The notes under the pieces are model-generated. The model saw only the letters and a list, made by a program, of their open reading frames with translations, had not been told where the DNA came from and ran no database searches. A stretch of 64,000 nucleotides of DNA from Candidatus Limnocylindrales bacterium. Its GTDB lineage: Bacteria; Chloroflexota; Limnocylindria; Limnocylindrales; CSP1-4. Shown one piece after another: positions 63,714 through 64,000 of this stretch. The stretch is from assembly GCA_038327765.1 (NCBI GenBank), contig JBBQLI010000002.1:933-64932 (forward strand). The letters run 5' to 3'. Position 1 is the stretch's first letter. Each line of letters begins with the position of its first letter. The position numbers and the translations under genes are program-made.

Positions 63714-64000
63714 ATGACCGAACACGTTGACCTGGCCATCGTCGGTGGCGGGATCATCGGCCTCGCCACGGCCCTTCGACTCAGCGAGGCCCATCCCGGG
63801 CTGCAGATCGCGATCCTCGAAAAGGAGTCGGCCCTCGCCACGCACCAGTCGGGGCACAACAGCGGGGTCCTGCACGCGGGCCTCTATTACGCGCCTGGTT
63901 CGCTCAAGGCACGGTTGTGCCGGGAGGGCAAGACGCAGCTGGAGGCCTTCGCCGGGGCACATGGGATCCCGCTGCGCTACCCGGGAAAGTTGGTGATCGC
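63714..64000 (+). CDS. lhgO: L-2-hydroxyglutarate oxidase/dehydrogenase, N-terminal fragment (continues past the right edge)
   Basis: The frame is not in the ORF track because it has no stop. It reads MTEHVDLAIVGGGIIGLATALRLSEAHPGLQIAILEKESALATHQSGHNSGVLHAGLYYAPGSLKARLCREG.... This is close to the E. coli LhgO/YgaF N-terminus as I recall it. Confidence 0.8.
   Translation, partial: MTEHVDLAIVGGGIIGLATALRLSEAHPGLQIAILEKESALATHQSGHNSGVLHAGLYYAPGSLKARLCREGKTQLEAFAGAHGIPLRYPGKLVI

Noticed and set aside
63727-63996. 89-aa ORF from the track at the right edge.
   Set aside because: It is an Arg/Ser-rich frame. The adjacent frame starting at ATG 63714 gives a clear LhgO N-terminus (DLAIVGGGIIGLATA...HQSGHNSGVLHAGLYY) and is open to the window end.

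Overview
Very GC-rich (roughly 70% by eye, not computed), densely coding chromosomal segment. Its gene content looks like Actinomycetota: GTTCAC-type PHO box, SARP regulator, LLM/F420-type oxidoreductase, MsiK-style ATPase-less sugar ABC loci, and a MetM/MetO-like pair behind a SAM-I riboswitch. The ATP-type PckA hints at a non-classical lineage. I support about 62 CDS, one multiply disrupted pseudogene, one clear riboswitch, several operator or PHO-box sites, three hairpin terminators and three tandem-repeat tracts. I saw no rRNA, tRNA, CRISPR array, transposase or integrase. Modules from left to right: (1) ppx fragment, histone-H1-like K/A/P repeat protein, crcB-DUF190, atypical OmpR-type regulator. 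(2) An arsenic/phosphate block: arsR divergent from small ORF-arsM-arsN2(pseudogene), then PHO box-pstSCAB-phoU-arsC-sixA with overlapping stop/start codons. (3) Phosphate-scavenging genes (GDPD, EEP phosphatase) behind a SenX3/PhoR-like kinase whose likely regulator lies 4.4 kb away. (4) A long minus-strand run: asparaginase II, J-domain membrane protein, DtxR-family repressor translationally coupled to gltX, NTF2-like, PhoP/RegX3-like regulator, proS. (5) Miscellaneous metabolism (upp, DHFR-like, epimerase, HAD, XRE, NMT1-type SBP, class-III aminotransferase, NlpC/P60, PLP decarboxylase). (6) A reductive pyrimidine-catabolism cluster (beta-ureidopropionase, LLM oxidoreductase, UbiA-like/GT2 fusion, dihydropyrimidinase, mmuM) with no PydA. 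(7) A translationally coupled PrsW protease + secreted clan-CD (C25/caspase-like) peptidase + PepSY-like protein. This is my best candidate for an undescribed system. (8) mmsA-Rieske oxygenase, a divergent Lgt paralog, SARP, mdh, pckA. (9) SAM-I riboswitch-metM-metO. (10) An IclR-controlled deoxyhexose (rhamnose/fucose-type) uptake and non-phosphorylative catabolism locus with a shared palindromic operator, then an lhgO fragment. All functional calls come from motif recognition by eye, not database searches. CDS coordinates come from the ORF track with start codons refined by arithmetic. Coordinates of non-ORF features may be off by 1-2 nt.
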